From: an uncultured Nitrososphaeraceae archaeon | GTDB taxonomy: Archaea; Thermoproteota; Nitrososphaeria; Nitrososphaerales; Nitrososphaeraceae | Length of the DNA stretch: 64,000 bases | Assembly (NCBI GenBank): GCA_963779615.1 | Contig: CAVZZA010000004.1 | Span: 128,001 to 192,000, forward strand | Direction: 5' to 3' | Shown: positions 20,043-30,349 of the stretch, piece by piece | Numbering within the stretch: position 1 is the stretch's first letter | Layout: every line of letters starts with the position of its first letter | Made by a program: the position numbers and the translations under genes | The notes under the pieces: generated by a model | Database searches by the model: none | Told to the model about the DNA's origin: nothing | Seen by the model: only the letters and a program-made list of their open reading frames with translations

Positions 20043-21162
20043 AAAAATTATTTTAAAACCAACATTTAAAAGGTCAAAAGAATCAACAATGGATTTTATC
20101 AATAGGGTAAGAGACAAGATTGACTTACTATATGTAGGCCCATCCGAAAATTTTGATAATAGTCAAGAGCTTGACTTAAAATTAATAAGCCAATCTGAAA
20201 ATGCAGATTATGTAATATTGAATAACATTGAAGAAGAAGGAAAATTTTCTTCAAAAAAATATTCTGATGCACATGTAAAAGAAAATGAACTTAAAGATAA
20301 CCAATATTTTAAAAAACATTTTGGAGTTTTTAAAAAAGTAGGCAACAACAAAGATATCGAAGAGATAAAAACCATATCTGAAAAAGGAGCCGATTTTGTG
20401 ATAATAGATGTAGATGACTGGAAAATAATACCTTTGGAGAACGTCATTGCTATACTTCAGAAAACAAATACCGAAATTTTCGCAATAGCAAAGTCTGTGC
20501 AAGAAGTTGAAACCTTGTTTACTGTTTTAGAATTAGGTGTAGATGGTGTAATTATTGAGACCGACAATGAGGAAGATATACTAAAGATAAGAAGTATAAT
20601 AAGAGAAATTGTTTTTAATATAGAGCCTGCAAAGATACTTGAAATCAAAGATATTGGTACAGGTGAAAGAGTTTGTATAGACACCGTTTCCATGCTATCT
20701 GAAGGGGAAGGTATGCTGATAGGAAACAAATCAAATTTTTTGTTTCTTGTACATAATGAGTCTATTGGTTCTTCTTTTACTTCTCCTAGACCCTTTAGGG
20801 TAAATGCCGGGGCAGTTCATTGTTATACAGTTATACCTGATGGTTCGACAAAGTATTTATCGGAGCTAGAGTCTGGAAGTCAAATATTAATTGTAAATTC
20901 AAAAGGATTGTCAAGAATCGTTTCCGTAGGTCGGGCAAAAATAGAAACAAGACCTCTAAGGTTATTCAAAGCAATTTGCAAAAATGAGATAGGTACTATT
21001 ATTGTTCAAAACGCAGAGACCATTAGATTTATGGATAAAAATAAAGGAATATTGCCTGTTACCCATGTAAAAACAGGAGATGAGGTATTAGTTTTCACCA
21101 AGGGAGCTTCTGGCAGGCATTTTGGAATGGAGGTTTCAGACGAGTATATTCTCGAAAAATAA
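20020..21162 (+). CDS. 3-dehydroquinate synthase II, archaeal AroB'
   Basis: DWKIIPLENVIA, LELGVDGV, GERVCIDT, RPFRVNAGAVH, QNAETIR, GRHFG. Confidence 0.95.
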   Translation: MKENKRNKKIILKPTFKRSKESTMDFINRVRDKIDLLYVGPSENFDNSQELDLKLISQSENADYVILNNIEEEGKFSSKKYSDAHVKENELKDNQYFKKHFGVFKKVGNNKDIEEIKTISEKGADFVIIDVDDWKIIPLENVIAILQKTNTEIFAIAKSVQEVETLFTVLELGVDGVIIETDNEEDILKIRSIIREIVFNIEPAKILEIKDIGTGERVCIDTVSMLSEGEGMLIGNKSNFLFLVHNESIGSSFTSPRPFRVNAGAVHCYTVIPDGSTKYLSELESGSQILIVNSKGLSRIVSVGRAKIETRPLRLFKAICKNEIGTIIVQNAETIRFMDKNKGILPVTHVKTGDEVLVFTKGASGRHFGMEVSDEYILEK

Positions 21163-21253
21163 ATTTTCCGGTCCCACATTGTTAAAATAATTTATCAATA
21201 TGTTTACATTTTTAGAGTATTGTGATTATTGACCTGATTTAAAAGCTCAATAA

Positions 21254-22129
21254 ATGCTGATAAGGCCCGAATCAATATACGATAAAATTATTAAAGGAAA
21301 TTGTGAAAGAGTTTTAAAAAATTTTCCTTCTAACAGCATTCAATTAACAATTACATCTCCACCATATGGAAATGCAATTGATTACGATTTGCATGCATCA
21401 AAGAAAAATTCGGAATATTATAGGGGCATAACTAAAGTTAGTTTAAATGATTATTTGGATAACTTAGTTTCTATTTTTAATGAACAGGTTTATCGTGTCA
21501 CAAAAGAGGGCGGCTATTGTTGCATTGTTATTGCGAATGAAGTTGTAAATGGAACACTTATTCCTTTACCTCATTTGCTCTTATCCAGATTGGTCTCACC
21601 TGAGGGTAGGTGGAGCTTACACGAAGAGATAATTTGGCATAAAGTTACTGGAGGTACGAATAGATACGGTTCTTTTATTATCAACCCTTACCCCAAATAT
21701 TATAGGGCAAACATAATGCATGAATTTATCCTTGTACTCCGAAAAGGCGATGTAAAGTCAGGAAGAACTCAGAAAAGAGACATTCTACCTGCAACCCATG
21801 AAGAATGGACTAAAGAGATTGCAAATTCAGTTTGGCACATGGCACCAGTCCCCCCAGGATACATAAATCATCCTTGTCCCTTTCCTGAGGAAATTCCTTA
21901 CAGGCTAATGAAAATATATTCATATGACGGTGATATCATTTTAGACCCGTTTAACGGAAGTGGTCAAACAACCAAAGTTGCATATAACCTTGATAGGCAT
22001 TTTTTGGGAATTGATGTAAAACAGGAATACATTGATCTTGCTCAAAGTAGGTTAGTGAATGAACCCCTTCATATCAGATCAGAGGCATTAATAGCAAACT
22101 GGAAAAAAATTGCCTCACATGTTGTTTAA
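21254..22129 (+). CDS. site-specific DNA methyltransferase, N4-cytosine/N6-adenine beta class
   Basis: Catalytic TSPPY near the N-terminus, HPCPFPEE, then SAM motif ILDPFNGSGQT (beta order). Confidence 0.9.
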   Translation: MLIRPESIYDKIIKGNCERVLKNFPSNSIQLTITSPPYGNAIDYDLHASKKNSEYYRGITKVSLNDYLDNLVSIFNEQVYRVTKEGGYCCIVIANEVVNGTLIPLPHLLLSRLVSPEGRWSLHEEIIWHKVTGGTNRYGSFIINPYPKYYRANIMHEFILVLRKGDVKSGRTQKRDILPATHEEWTKEIANSVWHMAPVPPGYINHPCPFPEEIPYRLMKIYSYDGDIILDPFNGSGQTTKVAYNLDRHFLGIDVKQEYIDLAQSRLVNEPLHIRSEALIANWKKIASHVV

Positions 22130-22187
22130 TACCATTTACTAAAATATGGTTTGATTCTACGCCGTCTCTTTTATTGATGTTTGTTAA

Positions 22188-22994
22188 TCAGGTTCTAATT
22201 CTTGTCCCCTCTTTGGGAATTTTTATTTTTATTATTAAAATTCCCAAAAAATATAGTAATAACATGGGTATTGAAACAAACCACATGGTAAGACCACTTC
22301 CGTCAGGGGTGATTACTGCGCCGAAAATTACTATAAATATTAGTGCATATCTAAAATTCTTAAACCAAAATCTATTGTCTATCAAACCTGTTAATGATAA
22401 AGCATACATTAGCAATGGCAACTGAAATGATATGCCGAATGCAATAAAAAATTGAAGGACAAAACTGACAAATTCGTTGATGCTTAAGAATGAAAGTATT
22501 CCCAAAGACTGTCCATATTGGTATAAGAAGGTAAGTGTAATTGGAATGGCAATAAAAAAGGAAAAAAAAATACCAAGAATGAATAGAATGGTTATAGGAA
22601 AAATGAATCTAAAAATGGTTATGGTTTTTGCTTTTCTTGAAATTGCGGGTCCTATAAATCCAAATATTTCTTTTACTATTAATGGAATCGATCCTGTGAT
22701 GCCTAGTAAAAAAGATACATATATTTGGGCAAACAATGATTGACCCGGTGCGGTCTGAATTAGTTTTACGCCCTCTGGTAGTAGATTATTACTTAAAAAA
22801 AGAGTTATTTGACTTGCAATATTGTTATATACAGCAGGATAGATAAAGTAAAAAGAATAATTGTTCATAGTTATTACTTGAATACCAAATACAGATGAAA
22901 AAATGACTATGAAAACAGCGAATATGATAACTCTCATAAATCGATTTCGAAGTTCGTTTAAATGTTCAATAAAAAACATATCCCCTGGAGCCAT
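22188..22994 (-). CDS. tatC: twin-arginine translocase subunit TatC
   Basis: EHLNELRNR, FGISFQLP, FRYA, GAVITPDGS; multiple TM segments. Confidence 0.93.
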   Translation of the reverse strand: MAPGDMFFIEHLNELRNRFMRVIIFAVFIVIFSSVFGIQVITMNNYSFYFIYPAVYNNIASQITLFLSNNLLPEGVKLIQTAPGQSLFAQIYVSFLLGITGSIPLIVKEIFGFIGPAISRKAKTITIFRFIFPITILFILGIFFSFFIAIPITLTFLYQYGQSLGILSFLSINEFVSFVLQFFIAFGISFQLPLLMYALSLTGLIDNRFWFKNFRYALIFIVIFGAVITPDGSGLTMWFVSIPMLLLYFLGILIIKIKIPKEGTRIRT

Positions 22995-23091
22995 TTACGT
23001 TAGAATATTTTAGTACATATATAAAAAATATAAATCATTCAAAAATCATAAAGGTAACATATTAAAATCTTAATCTTCCAATAAGAGTTTA

Positions 23092-23799
23092 TTGTTGGTC
23101 AGCAAAAAGTTATGTGTATCTGTTCCATTAATTGATGGGGAATTAGATAAAATTGAAAGCAAAATTGACTCTCTTCAGAAAGAAAATATTAGTTTTATAG
23201 AATTTAGATTCGACTATTTAAAAGAATATGGTAACCTAGACACTATACTTGAGATAATTTCAAAATATAAAAATCGATCCATATATACATTGAGACCTCC
23301 CAATGAGGGAGGTCGATTTCCTGGAGAAGAGTCAGAGAGATTGGTTTTATTAAAAAAATTGGCAGTAGCTGAACCGATGTTGTTAGACTTGGAATACAAT
23401 TCCGTATTAAAAAACGATGAACTTGCTGACTTTATAGATCATAACAATGTAAGGACTTTAATGTCTTGGCATGATTTTACTGGAACCCCCAATAAAGAAT
23501 CCCTGGTAGATTTAATTGATAACATGAGAGTATTTAGCAATTATATCAAAATAGTTACTACTGCAAAATCTATAGATGACTCAATTAATATTTTGGGATT
23601 GTATAAGCTAATAAATACCAGCATTAATTTGGTGGCATTTTCTATGGGTGAATTAGGGATCATATCAAGAGTTTTGTGCAGTATTGTTGGAAATTCTCCG
23701 TTTACTTATACCACAATTGAGAAACCCGTTGCCCCAGGGCAGCTCACAACAAACCAAATGAAATCAATTTATTCTCTTTTTCATGATAAATTAATATGA
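23092..23799 (+). CDS. aroD: type I 3-dehydroquinate dehydratase
   Basis: IEFRFD, TLRPPNEGG, SWHDF, AFSMGELGIISR, APGQ. Confidence 0.93.
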   Translation: MLVSKKLCVSVPLIDGELDKIESKIDSLQKENISFIEFRFDYLKEYGNLDTILEIISKYKNRSIYTLRPPNEGGRFPGEESERLVLLKKLAVAEPMLLDLEYNSVLKNDELADFIDHNNVRTLMSWHDFTGTPNKESLVDLIDNMRVFSNYIKIVTTAKSIDDSINILGLYKLINTSINLVAFSMGELGIISRVLCSIVGNSPFTYTTIEKPVAPGQLTTNQMKSIYSLFHDKLI

Positions 23800-23921
23800 A
23801 GGATTGAAATATGGTTCCATTTTTTTATATTATCTTATAATACATAATTTTGATTATTACTTGAATTCATGATTATTGTAATAACCGTTAGGTGCATCAA
23901 TTTTTATTTTAAAAGCAAATC

Positions 23922-24119
23922 TTATTCAATATATTTTTTTATTTTGTATTTTTGAATTCTGGCGTTGTGTCTTAATCGGTAACCACAACATGGGCAAAAT
24001 AATCCACTCCATTTAATGAAAATATCACAAATTTGACAGCGTTTTTCGTTTTCTCCATAACGTAGAGTTTTTGGTATTTTTTTGGACTTGTGTCTGATAC
24101 AAATTCCCTTGCATGTCAT
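23922..24119 (-). CDS. small Cys-rich zinc-finger protein (thaumarchaeal family)
   Basis: MTCKGICIRH...RY...KRCQICDIFIKW...CPCCGYRLR. Confidence 0.75.
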   Translation of the reverse strand: MTCKGICIRHKSKKIPKTLRYGENEKRCQICDIFIKWSGLFCPCCGYRLRHNARIQKYKIKKYIE

Positions 24120-24281
24120 TGGCTATGTAAAAACTCCATATTTTGATTGTATGTTAATTTCTATCTTTAATATAATACTTATTCAATCAATACTTCCCAA
24201 TATAATGGTATTTCATAAAGTGTTTTGTATTGGGCCAGATTAAATTAAATTAAATTATGCATAGTTTCAAATACATCCTTA

Positions 24282-25172
24282 ATGAGTAAAGATGACTTAC
24301 GGGATGGTAAAAATTTAAAAAACCCTTTTAAGACCTTTTGCATTATAGGAGACCCAGTTAACCATTCGCTATCTCCTCTAATACACAATTCTGCTTTTGC
24401 TTCATCAAATTTGAATTATTCTTATATTGCGTTCAGGGTTCCACAATCAGAACTGGAGGACTCGGTTAATTCGTTAAAAAAAATAAATGCGGCGGGGTTC
24501 AACGTTACTTTACCACATAAGGTAAACATTATAAACTTTTTAGACGGTTTATCCGTCGAGGCAAAAAAGGCAGGCGCTGTTAATACAGTTAATAATGAAA
24601 ATGGCAAATTTATCGGCTACAATACGGATATTTTTGGCTTTATTGCACCGTTAGAAAAACGGCATGTGGATTTTAAAGGTATGGAGATTTTAATTATGGG
24701 TGCTGGAGGATCATGCAGAGCTGCCCTGGTTGGACTTTCGAAAAAAAAGAGCGACGTTAAAAAGATAAATATAGTTAATCGAGACCAAAAAAAATTAGAG
24801 AAAGTAATAAATCTAGGTAAAGATTTAGGGTTAAGTTGTAATGCGTTGGATTATGATAATGGATACGTATTAAAAGAAACATCATTAAATTCTAAATTAA
24901 TAATTAATACATCATCTATAGGATTAAATAATGAAGCAAGTCCTTTAAAATCAAATTTTATGAATAAAAATTCACTTGTTTATGATATAGTTTATAGACC
25001 AGTATACACAGATCTTTTGAAAAATGCTAAAGAAGCAGGTTCTAAAATAATTTTTGGTTATGAAATGTTATTACATCAAGCAATAAAATCATTTGAAATA
25101 TGGACTGGTACAATTGCGCCAATCCATGTAATGACCAAAGCATTGTTTGGAATTTTTGGTGAACCAAAATAA
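24282..25172 (+). CDS. aroE: shikimate dehydrogenase
   Basis: GDPVNHSLSP, NVTLPHK, GAVNT, NTD, GAGG, DIVY, MLLHQA. Confidence 0.95.
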   Translation: MSKDDLRDGKNLKNPFKTFCIIGDPVNHSLSPLIHNSAFASSNLNYSYIAFRVPQSELEDSVNSLKKINAAGFNVTLPHKVNIINFLDGLSVEAKKAGAVNTVNNENGKFIGYNTDIFGFIAPLEKRHVDFKGMEILIMGAGGSCRAALVGLSKKKSDVKKINIVNRDQKKLEKVINLGKDLGLSCNALDYDNGYVLKETSLNSKLIINTSSIGLNNEASPLKSNFMNKNSLVYDIVYRPVYTDLLKNAKEAGSKIIFGYEMLLHQAIKSFEIWTGTIAPIHVMTKALFGIFGEPK

Positions 25173-26019
25173 ATTGAAAAAACTATCATCTACTTCCACA
25201 GTATTTGGGGCTATTTCGATAATTAACGCAATTGCAACAGGGAAAGGGTCCACTTTGGGTATATCTTTAAAGGTTACGGCCAATATAACATTGGAGCCAG
25301 GATATTCAGGGGTATCAAAAAATTTTGCCAATGATAAGTTAGTTAATAAAATAGTAAAAACTATCATACCAAGCAAAATACTTAACAATAATTTTGTTTC
25401 TATTCATCTTACATCCGATATTCCTGCAGGATGGGGATTAAAAAGTTCCAGTGCGGTTTCTAATGCCATATCTTTGGCTTGCTATAAATTAGTAAATGAT
25501 GAGATTTATGATAAAGCCGTTCTAAACACCGCAATAAACTCATCCCTTTGGGCAAAAGTAAGTATCACAGGTGCCTTTGATGATGCATGTGCCTGCTATT
25601 TCGGAGGAATAATTTTGTCCGATAACTATTACAGAAAATTAATTAAAAGGGAACCAATAAATAAGGAATTATGGGTAATAATTTTCTTACCAAACGGTGT
25701 TTCTAGAGGGGATATACTTAAATTAAAATTACATAAAGAGCTCTTTAATCATGCCTTTAAGCTTGCAATCAGGGGTGATTATTGGAAAGCAATGAACTTA
25801 AATGGAATTTTAATCAACTCTGTTCTTTATAACAATTATTATCCATTACTATACGCAATGGAAAATAATTGCTTAGCTGTGAGTTATTCGGGCAATGGTC
25901 CCGCAATTGCAGCAGTTGTTCATAAAGATAATATTGAAAATTTAAAAAATTCCTTGGAAAAATTTCCCGGAAAGCTTATTGTATCGCAAGTAAATAACTC
26001 CAAAGCCTTTGTTGTATAG
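25147..26019 (+). CDS. aroK: archaeal shikimate kinase (GHMP family)
   Basis: GAISIINAIATGKG, IPAGWGLKSSSA, SITGAFDDA, SGNGP; real start probably the TTG at 25174. Confidence 0.93.
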   Translation: MEFLVNQNKLKKLSSTSTVFGAISIINAIATGKGSTLGISLKVTANITLEPGYSGVSKNFANDKLVNKIVKTIIPSKILNNNFVSIHLTSDIPAGWGLKSSSAVSNAISLACYKLVNDEIYDKAVLNTAINSSLWAKVSITGAFDDACACYFGGIILSDNYYRKLIKREPINKELWVIIFLPNGVSRGDILKLKLHKELFNHAFKLAIRGDYWKAMNLNGILINSVLYNNYYPLLYAMENNCLAVSYSGNGPAIAAVVHKDNIENLKNSLEKFPGKLIVSQVNNSKAFVV

Positions 26020-26073
26020 TTATCTATAATAATATTATGCAAATAATATTATGAGTAGTACTGAGAATCGGAA

Positions 26074-27528
26074 TTGGTAAAAATAGTTGTTAAGAAATCT
26101 CAATTAAGCGGAAGAATATCGTGTCCTCCAAGTAAGAGTTATTCTCATCGTGCAATAGTTATTTCGTCTCTATCAAACGGTGTATCAAACTTAAAGAATG
26201 TACTTTTTTCCCGAGATACAATTGCAACAATCAATTGCTGTAAAATGCTTGGAATATCTGTGGAGTTAGACTCTATCCATGATAAACAACAATCAAATAA
26301 TGAATTGAATTTAGCATTAAATGCTGTTGGAAATCTAAAAATTTCCAGCAGTGGGGGCAGATTTGGATTTGATACTCCTGAAGATATTTTAAATGCTGAA
26401 AATTCAGGAACAACCATAAGGCTTTTAACATCTATGTGTTCCCTTGTTAACGCTGGTTTTACTATTTTAACTGGTGACAAAAGTTTGAGAAAAAGACCGA
26501 TGGGTGATTTAGCCAAATCACTAAATCAATTAGGAGTTGAGTGCTTTTCATCAAAAATTAGTAACACCCCACCGCTGATAGTCAAGGGAGGTGGAATGAT
26601 AGGTGGAGAAGCGATAATAAATGGACAGATATCAAGTCAGTTTATTTCCTCATTATTACTATCTGGCATTTACGCCAAAAGACATGTTACAATTAAAATA
26701 TGGGGTAATCAAGTCTCAAAACCATATATAAAGTCTACAATTTCAATAATGAAAAAGTTTGGTATCGAAATAAAAACTGGAAAAAATGGCTTTATTAACA
26801 ATAATGTACTGATGCCTAATTCAACACATCCGACAAACAATTCGAACATTAATTATAATTTTCGTAATATGGATAAGCAAAACAATCCTGTAACTGAGTA
26901 TTATGATGTTCCGAACGAAAAAGATTACATATCCACAGATTTTATGGTTCCTGGAGACTTTTCAACTGCAGCATTACTTTTATCTGCTGCGATATTAACT
27001 GATGGAGAATTTACCATAGATAATTTAGATTTCTCTTTACCTCAGGGAGATTCTAATATTATACACATACTAAAAGAGATGGGTGCAGATATAATTGAGG
27101 ATAAAAATAGCGGAACAATAAAAATTACTGGAACTAGATTGCTCGATGGTGGAGATTTTGACTTGAAAGATACCCCTGACCTCCTTCCGGTAGTTTCAAT
27201 TCTTTCATTAAAATGTAAAAATTCAATAAAAATTACTGGTATATCACATGCTAGATATAAAGAAACAGACAGAGTTGCTAATATTGCCACTCAATTAGTA
27301 AAGTTTGGTGCGGAAATTAAAGAAGATTTTGATTCTATTATTATATATCCGCCTAAAAAAATTAAAAACGCATCAATTAATTCATTTGATGATCACAGAC
27401 TTTTTATGGCTTTTTCTATTGCTTCATTGGCTACTGAAGAATCAACAATATGTGGGGCAGAATCGGTTGATGTTTCGTATCCTCATTTTGTTAGTGATTT
27501 GAAGAAATTAGGGGCTAGAATATTGTAA
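26074..27528 (+). CDS. aroA: 3-phosphoshikimate 1-carboxyvinyltransferase (EPSP synthase)
   Basis: PPSKSYSHRA, ENSGTTIR, SSQFIS, PGDFS, KETDR, DDHR. Confidence 0.95.
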   Translation: MVKIVVKKSQLSGRISCPPSKSYSHRAIVISSLSNGVSNLKNVLFSRDTIATINCCKMLGISVELDSIHDKQQSNNELNLALNAVGNLKISSSGGRFGFDTPEDILNAENSGTTIRLLTSMCSLVNAGFTILTGDKSLRKRPMGDLAKSLNQLGVECFSSKISNTPPLIVKGGGMIGGEAIINGQISSQFISSLLLSGIYAKRHVTIKIWGNQVSKPYIKSTISIMKKFGIEIKTGKNGFINNNVLMPNSTHPTNNSNINYNFRNMDKQNNPVTEYYDVPNEKDYISTDFMVPGDFSTAALLLSAAILTDGEFTIDNLDFSLPQGDSNIIHILKEMGADIIEDKNSGTIKITGTRLLDGGDFDLKDTPDLLPVVSILSLKCKNSIKITGISHARYKETDRVANIATQLVKFGAEIKEDFDSIIIYPPKKIKNASINSFDDHRLFMAFSIASLATEESTICGAESVDVSYPHFVSDLKKLGARIL

Positions 27529-27675
27529 TAATATCGGTGTTTCTATATATTCTAATTTAAAATACCAAGACACATTATAAAAATGCTAACTAATAATACA
27601 TGCAATAGAACCTTGAATTAAGGTTTAGTAGTATTAAAAATAATAATATATTGGAATTACAAATTAAACTTTATC

Positions 27676-28800
27676 ATGCCAGCAAACAGTCTTGGAGAAC
27701 GGTTTTCAGTTACAAGCTTTGGAGAAAGTCATGGCAAATGTATTGGTACAGTTGTTGACGGGTGTCCTGCTGGCTTAAGATTGGATGAGGCAGACATACA
27801 ACCATTATTAGACCTAAGAAGGCCTGGGCAATCAGTAATAACAACTCAAAGGAAAGAATTTGATAAAGCTTTGATATTGTCAGGAGTATTCAACGGATAC
27901 ACTACCGGCGCTCCCATCTGTATAATAATTTGGAATACCGATACCGATTCAAGATCTTATGAAGATATTAAGGACACGCCAAGACCGGGTCATTCTGATT
28001 ACCCTGCTTTTATTAAGTATGGGGGTTTTGCTGATTACCGCGGTAGTGGTAGATTTTCGGGTCGATTAACAGCTACCATAGTAATGGGTGGAGCCATAGC
28101 ATTAAAAATTTTAAATAGATATTTAAATATAGAAATCATTAGCTATACAAAATCCATAGGAAATATCCTTTGTGATACTGAAAACATGACCTTTGATGAA
28201 CTATCGGATAAAAGGTATTCAAATGAAGTAAGATGCCCTGATTCTGATACTGCCATGAAAATGAAACGAGCTATATTGTTAGCAAGGAAAAATGGAGATT
28301 CTCTTGGAGGTATAATAGAATGTATTACACGGGGAGTTCCTACTGGTTTGGGTGAGCCTATTTTTGAATCAATCGAATCTGAACTTTCTAAAGGACTTTT
28401 TAGCATTCCTGCAGTAAAGGGAGTCGAATTTGGCTCAGGCTTCATTGGGTCAACTTTTACAGGCTCACAAAATAATGATATATTTTTTATCGAAAAAGAT
28501 ACAGAGAAAATATTAACCAATACAAATAATTCCGGTGGAATCCTCGGTGGTATAACCAATGGAATGCCATTAAAGTTTAGGATTGCATTTAAACCTGCGG
28601 CTTCTATATCGATGACTCAAAAAACAATAAACGTTAAAGAGAAAATCGAAACTGATTTGCAGGTCAAAGGGAGGCATGATCCATGTGTTGTCCCACGAGC
28701 ACCCCCTGTTATCGATAGCATAGTTGGAATAACATTGTTAGATCACTGCATAAAATGTAATTTAATACCTTCTGTTTTAAAAGAAATACCTAGCACATGA
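27676..28800 (+). CDS. aroC: chorismate synthase
   Basis: FGESHG, RRPGQS, PRPGHSD, GRFSGR, GILGGITNG, GRHDPC. Confidence 0.96.
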   Translation: MPANSLGERFSVTSFGESHGKCIGTVVDGCPAGLRLDEADIQPLLDLRRPGQSVITTQRKEFDKALILSGVFNGYTTGAPICIIIWNTDTDSRSYEDIKDTPRPGHSDYPAFIKYGGFADYRGSGRFSGRLTATIVMGGAIALKILNRYLNIEIISYTKSIGNILCDTENMTFDELSDKRYSNEVRCPDSDTAMKMKRAILLARKNGDSLGGIIECITRGVPTGLGEPIFESIESELSKGLFSIPAVKGVEFGSGFIGSTFTGSQNNDIFFIEKDTEKILTNTNNSGGILGGITNGMPLKFRIAFKPAASISMTQKTINVKEKIETDLQVKGRHDPCVVPRAPPVIDSIVGITLLDHCIKCNLIPSVLKEIPST

Positions 28801-30314
28801 GTGAAGGGGTGAAAACAGTGTCTGTTGAAAAACTTAATAATTTAAGAAATGACATAAAAACAGTAACCCAGCATATTATTTCTTTGATAAATCAAAGAAT
28901 GGAAATTGCAAAACAAATTGGTGAAATTAAAAGTGAATTGCAACTTGGTGTAGTTGATGATAAAGTTGAGCAAGAAATTAAAAATTATATTTTACACAAT
29001 ACATGTAGTAAAGGTTTAGACCGCGAGTTTTTAGGACGTATTATAAATATGCTCATCAATGAGTCGGTAACCATTCAAAATTATGAAAGTAACAAAAGGA
29101 AACTGTTGCCAAATCCTAATAAAACTGTGGAGAATTCATTCTTAGTGAACAACAATTCAATGTCTGATAATAATTTTCCGGGTATTATAAAAATCAGAAC
29201 GCATATGGATGTTTTTAATAAAGCAAAACAACTAGATTCTTTAGGTAAAAAAATTATCCATATGGAGGTTGGTGAACCTGACTTTTCACCACCACCTCAA
29301 GTTAAAGAAGAATTAATGTCAGTTTATGACAAAGGTAGATACCATTATACTGGAACTGCAGGTATAATTGAGCTTAGGAAAAAATTGTCTACCTATTTGA
29401 CAACTATTAGTGAAAATAAAATAGATTGCATTTATCCTGAAAATATAATTACCACGGTTGGAGGAAGATTTGCAATTTTCTGTACTTTTTCTGCATTACT
29501 TAAGCCAGGTGATGAGGTCATAATTATTGAACCGGCTTGGCCTGCCTACAAAGACTGTGCCAATTATTTGGGAGCTAAAACAAAAATTATAACAACAAGC
29601 TTGGAAGGACAATGGGTACCTGATATATCTGTGATTGAAAATATGATAAATGTCAATACAAAAATCATTTGTCTGAATTATCCAAATAACCCCACAGGAA
29701 AAATTTTAAATGAAGGAAACTTGAAGTCAATAACCCAGATAGCCGAAAAAAATAACATTTACATATTAAGCGATGAGGTTTATTGCAATTTTGCCTATGA
29801 AAAATTTTCAAGCATACTAAAATATGCATTTGAAAACTCAATTATGATAGGCTCATTTTCGAAAACTTTTTCCATGACCGGCTTTAGGGTTGGATTTGCT
29901 TATTCGATGAATAAAAACCTGATCGATAAACTAATAAAGATTCAATCCTTGACTTTAACCTCTGTATCTGAACCAATGCAATATTGTGCTTTGGCGGCTT
30001 TATCTTTTAACCCAACAGAGTATGCTCAAATTATGAGTAAAAGAGTTAATTTTGTATGCTCTCGTCTAAAAAACATGCCGTTTGAGTTTGTCTATCCTGA
30101 TGGTGCCATGTATGTATACGCAAAAATCAATGAAGAATTGGCCATAGATGACCTGACGTTAATAGAAAAATTACTACAAAATGGAGTTGCCGTCGCTCCT
30201 GGAAGCGGATTTGGCGACAATTATACAAACTACATCAGAATTTCCACATGCATTGATGAGGAAAAACTGAACAAAGGCTTGGATATTATTAACCAGACTG
30301 TTAATTCATTATAA
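28797..30314 (+). CDS. chorismate mutase (AroQ)-PLP aminotransferase class I/II fusion
   Basis: N-terminal LNNLRNDI...LINQRMEIAKQIGEIK; C-terminal GEPDF, NYPNNPTG, SDEVY, SFSKTFSMTGFRVG. Confidence 0.88.
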   Translation: MSEGVKTVSVEKLNNLRNDIKTVTQHIISLINQRMEIAKQIGEIKSELQLGVVDDKVEQEIKNYILHNTCSKGLDREFLGRIINMLINESVTIQNYESNKRKLLPNPNKTVENSFLVNNNSMSDNNFPGIIKIRTHMDVFNKAKQLDSLGKKIIHMEVGEPDFSPPPQVKEELMSVYDKGRYHYTGTAGIIELRKKLSTYLTTISENKIDCIYPENIITTVGGRFAIFCTFSALLKPGDEVIIIEPAWPAYKDCANYLGAKTKIITTSLEGQWVPDISVIENMINVNTKIICLNYPNNPTGKILNEGNLKSITQIAEKNNIYILSDEVYCNFAYEKFSSILKYAFENSIMIGSFSKTFSMTGFRVGFAYSMNKNLIDKLIKIQSLTLTSVSEPMQYCALAALSFNPTEYAQIMSKRVNFVCSRLKNMPFEFVYPDGAMYVYAKINEELAIDDLTLIEKLLQNGVAVAPGSGFGDNYTNYIRISTCIDEEKLNKGLDIINQTVNSL

Positions 30315-30349
30315 CTATAACTTAATGTAAATTACCTTGCGGATTAAAA

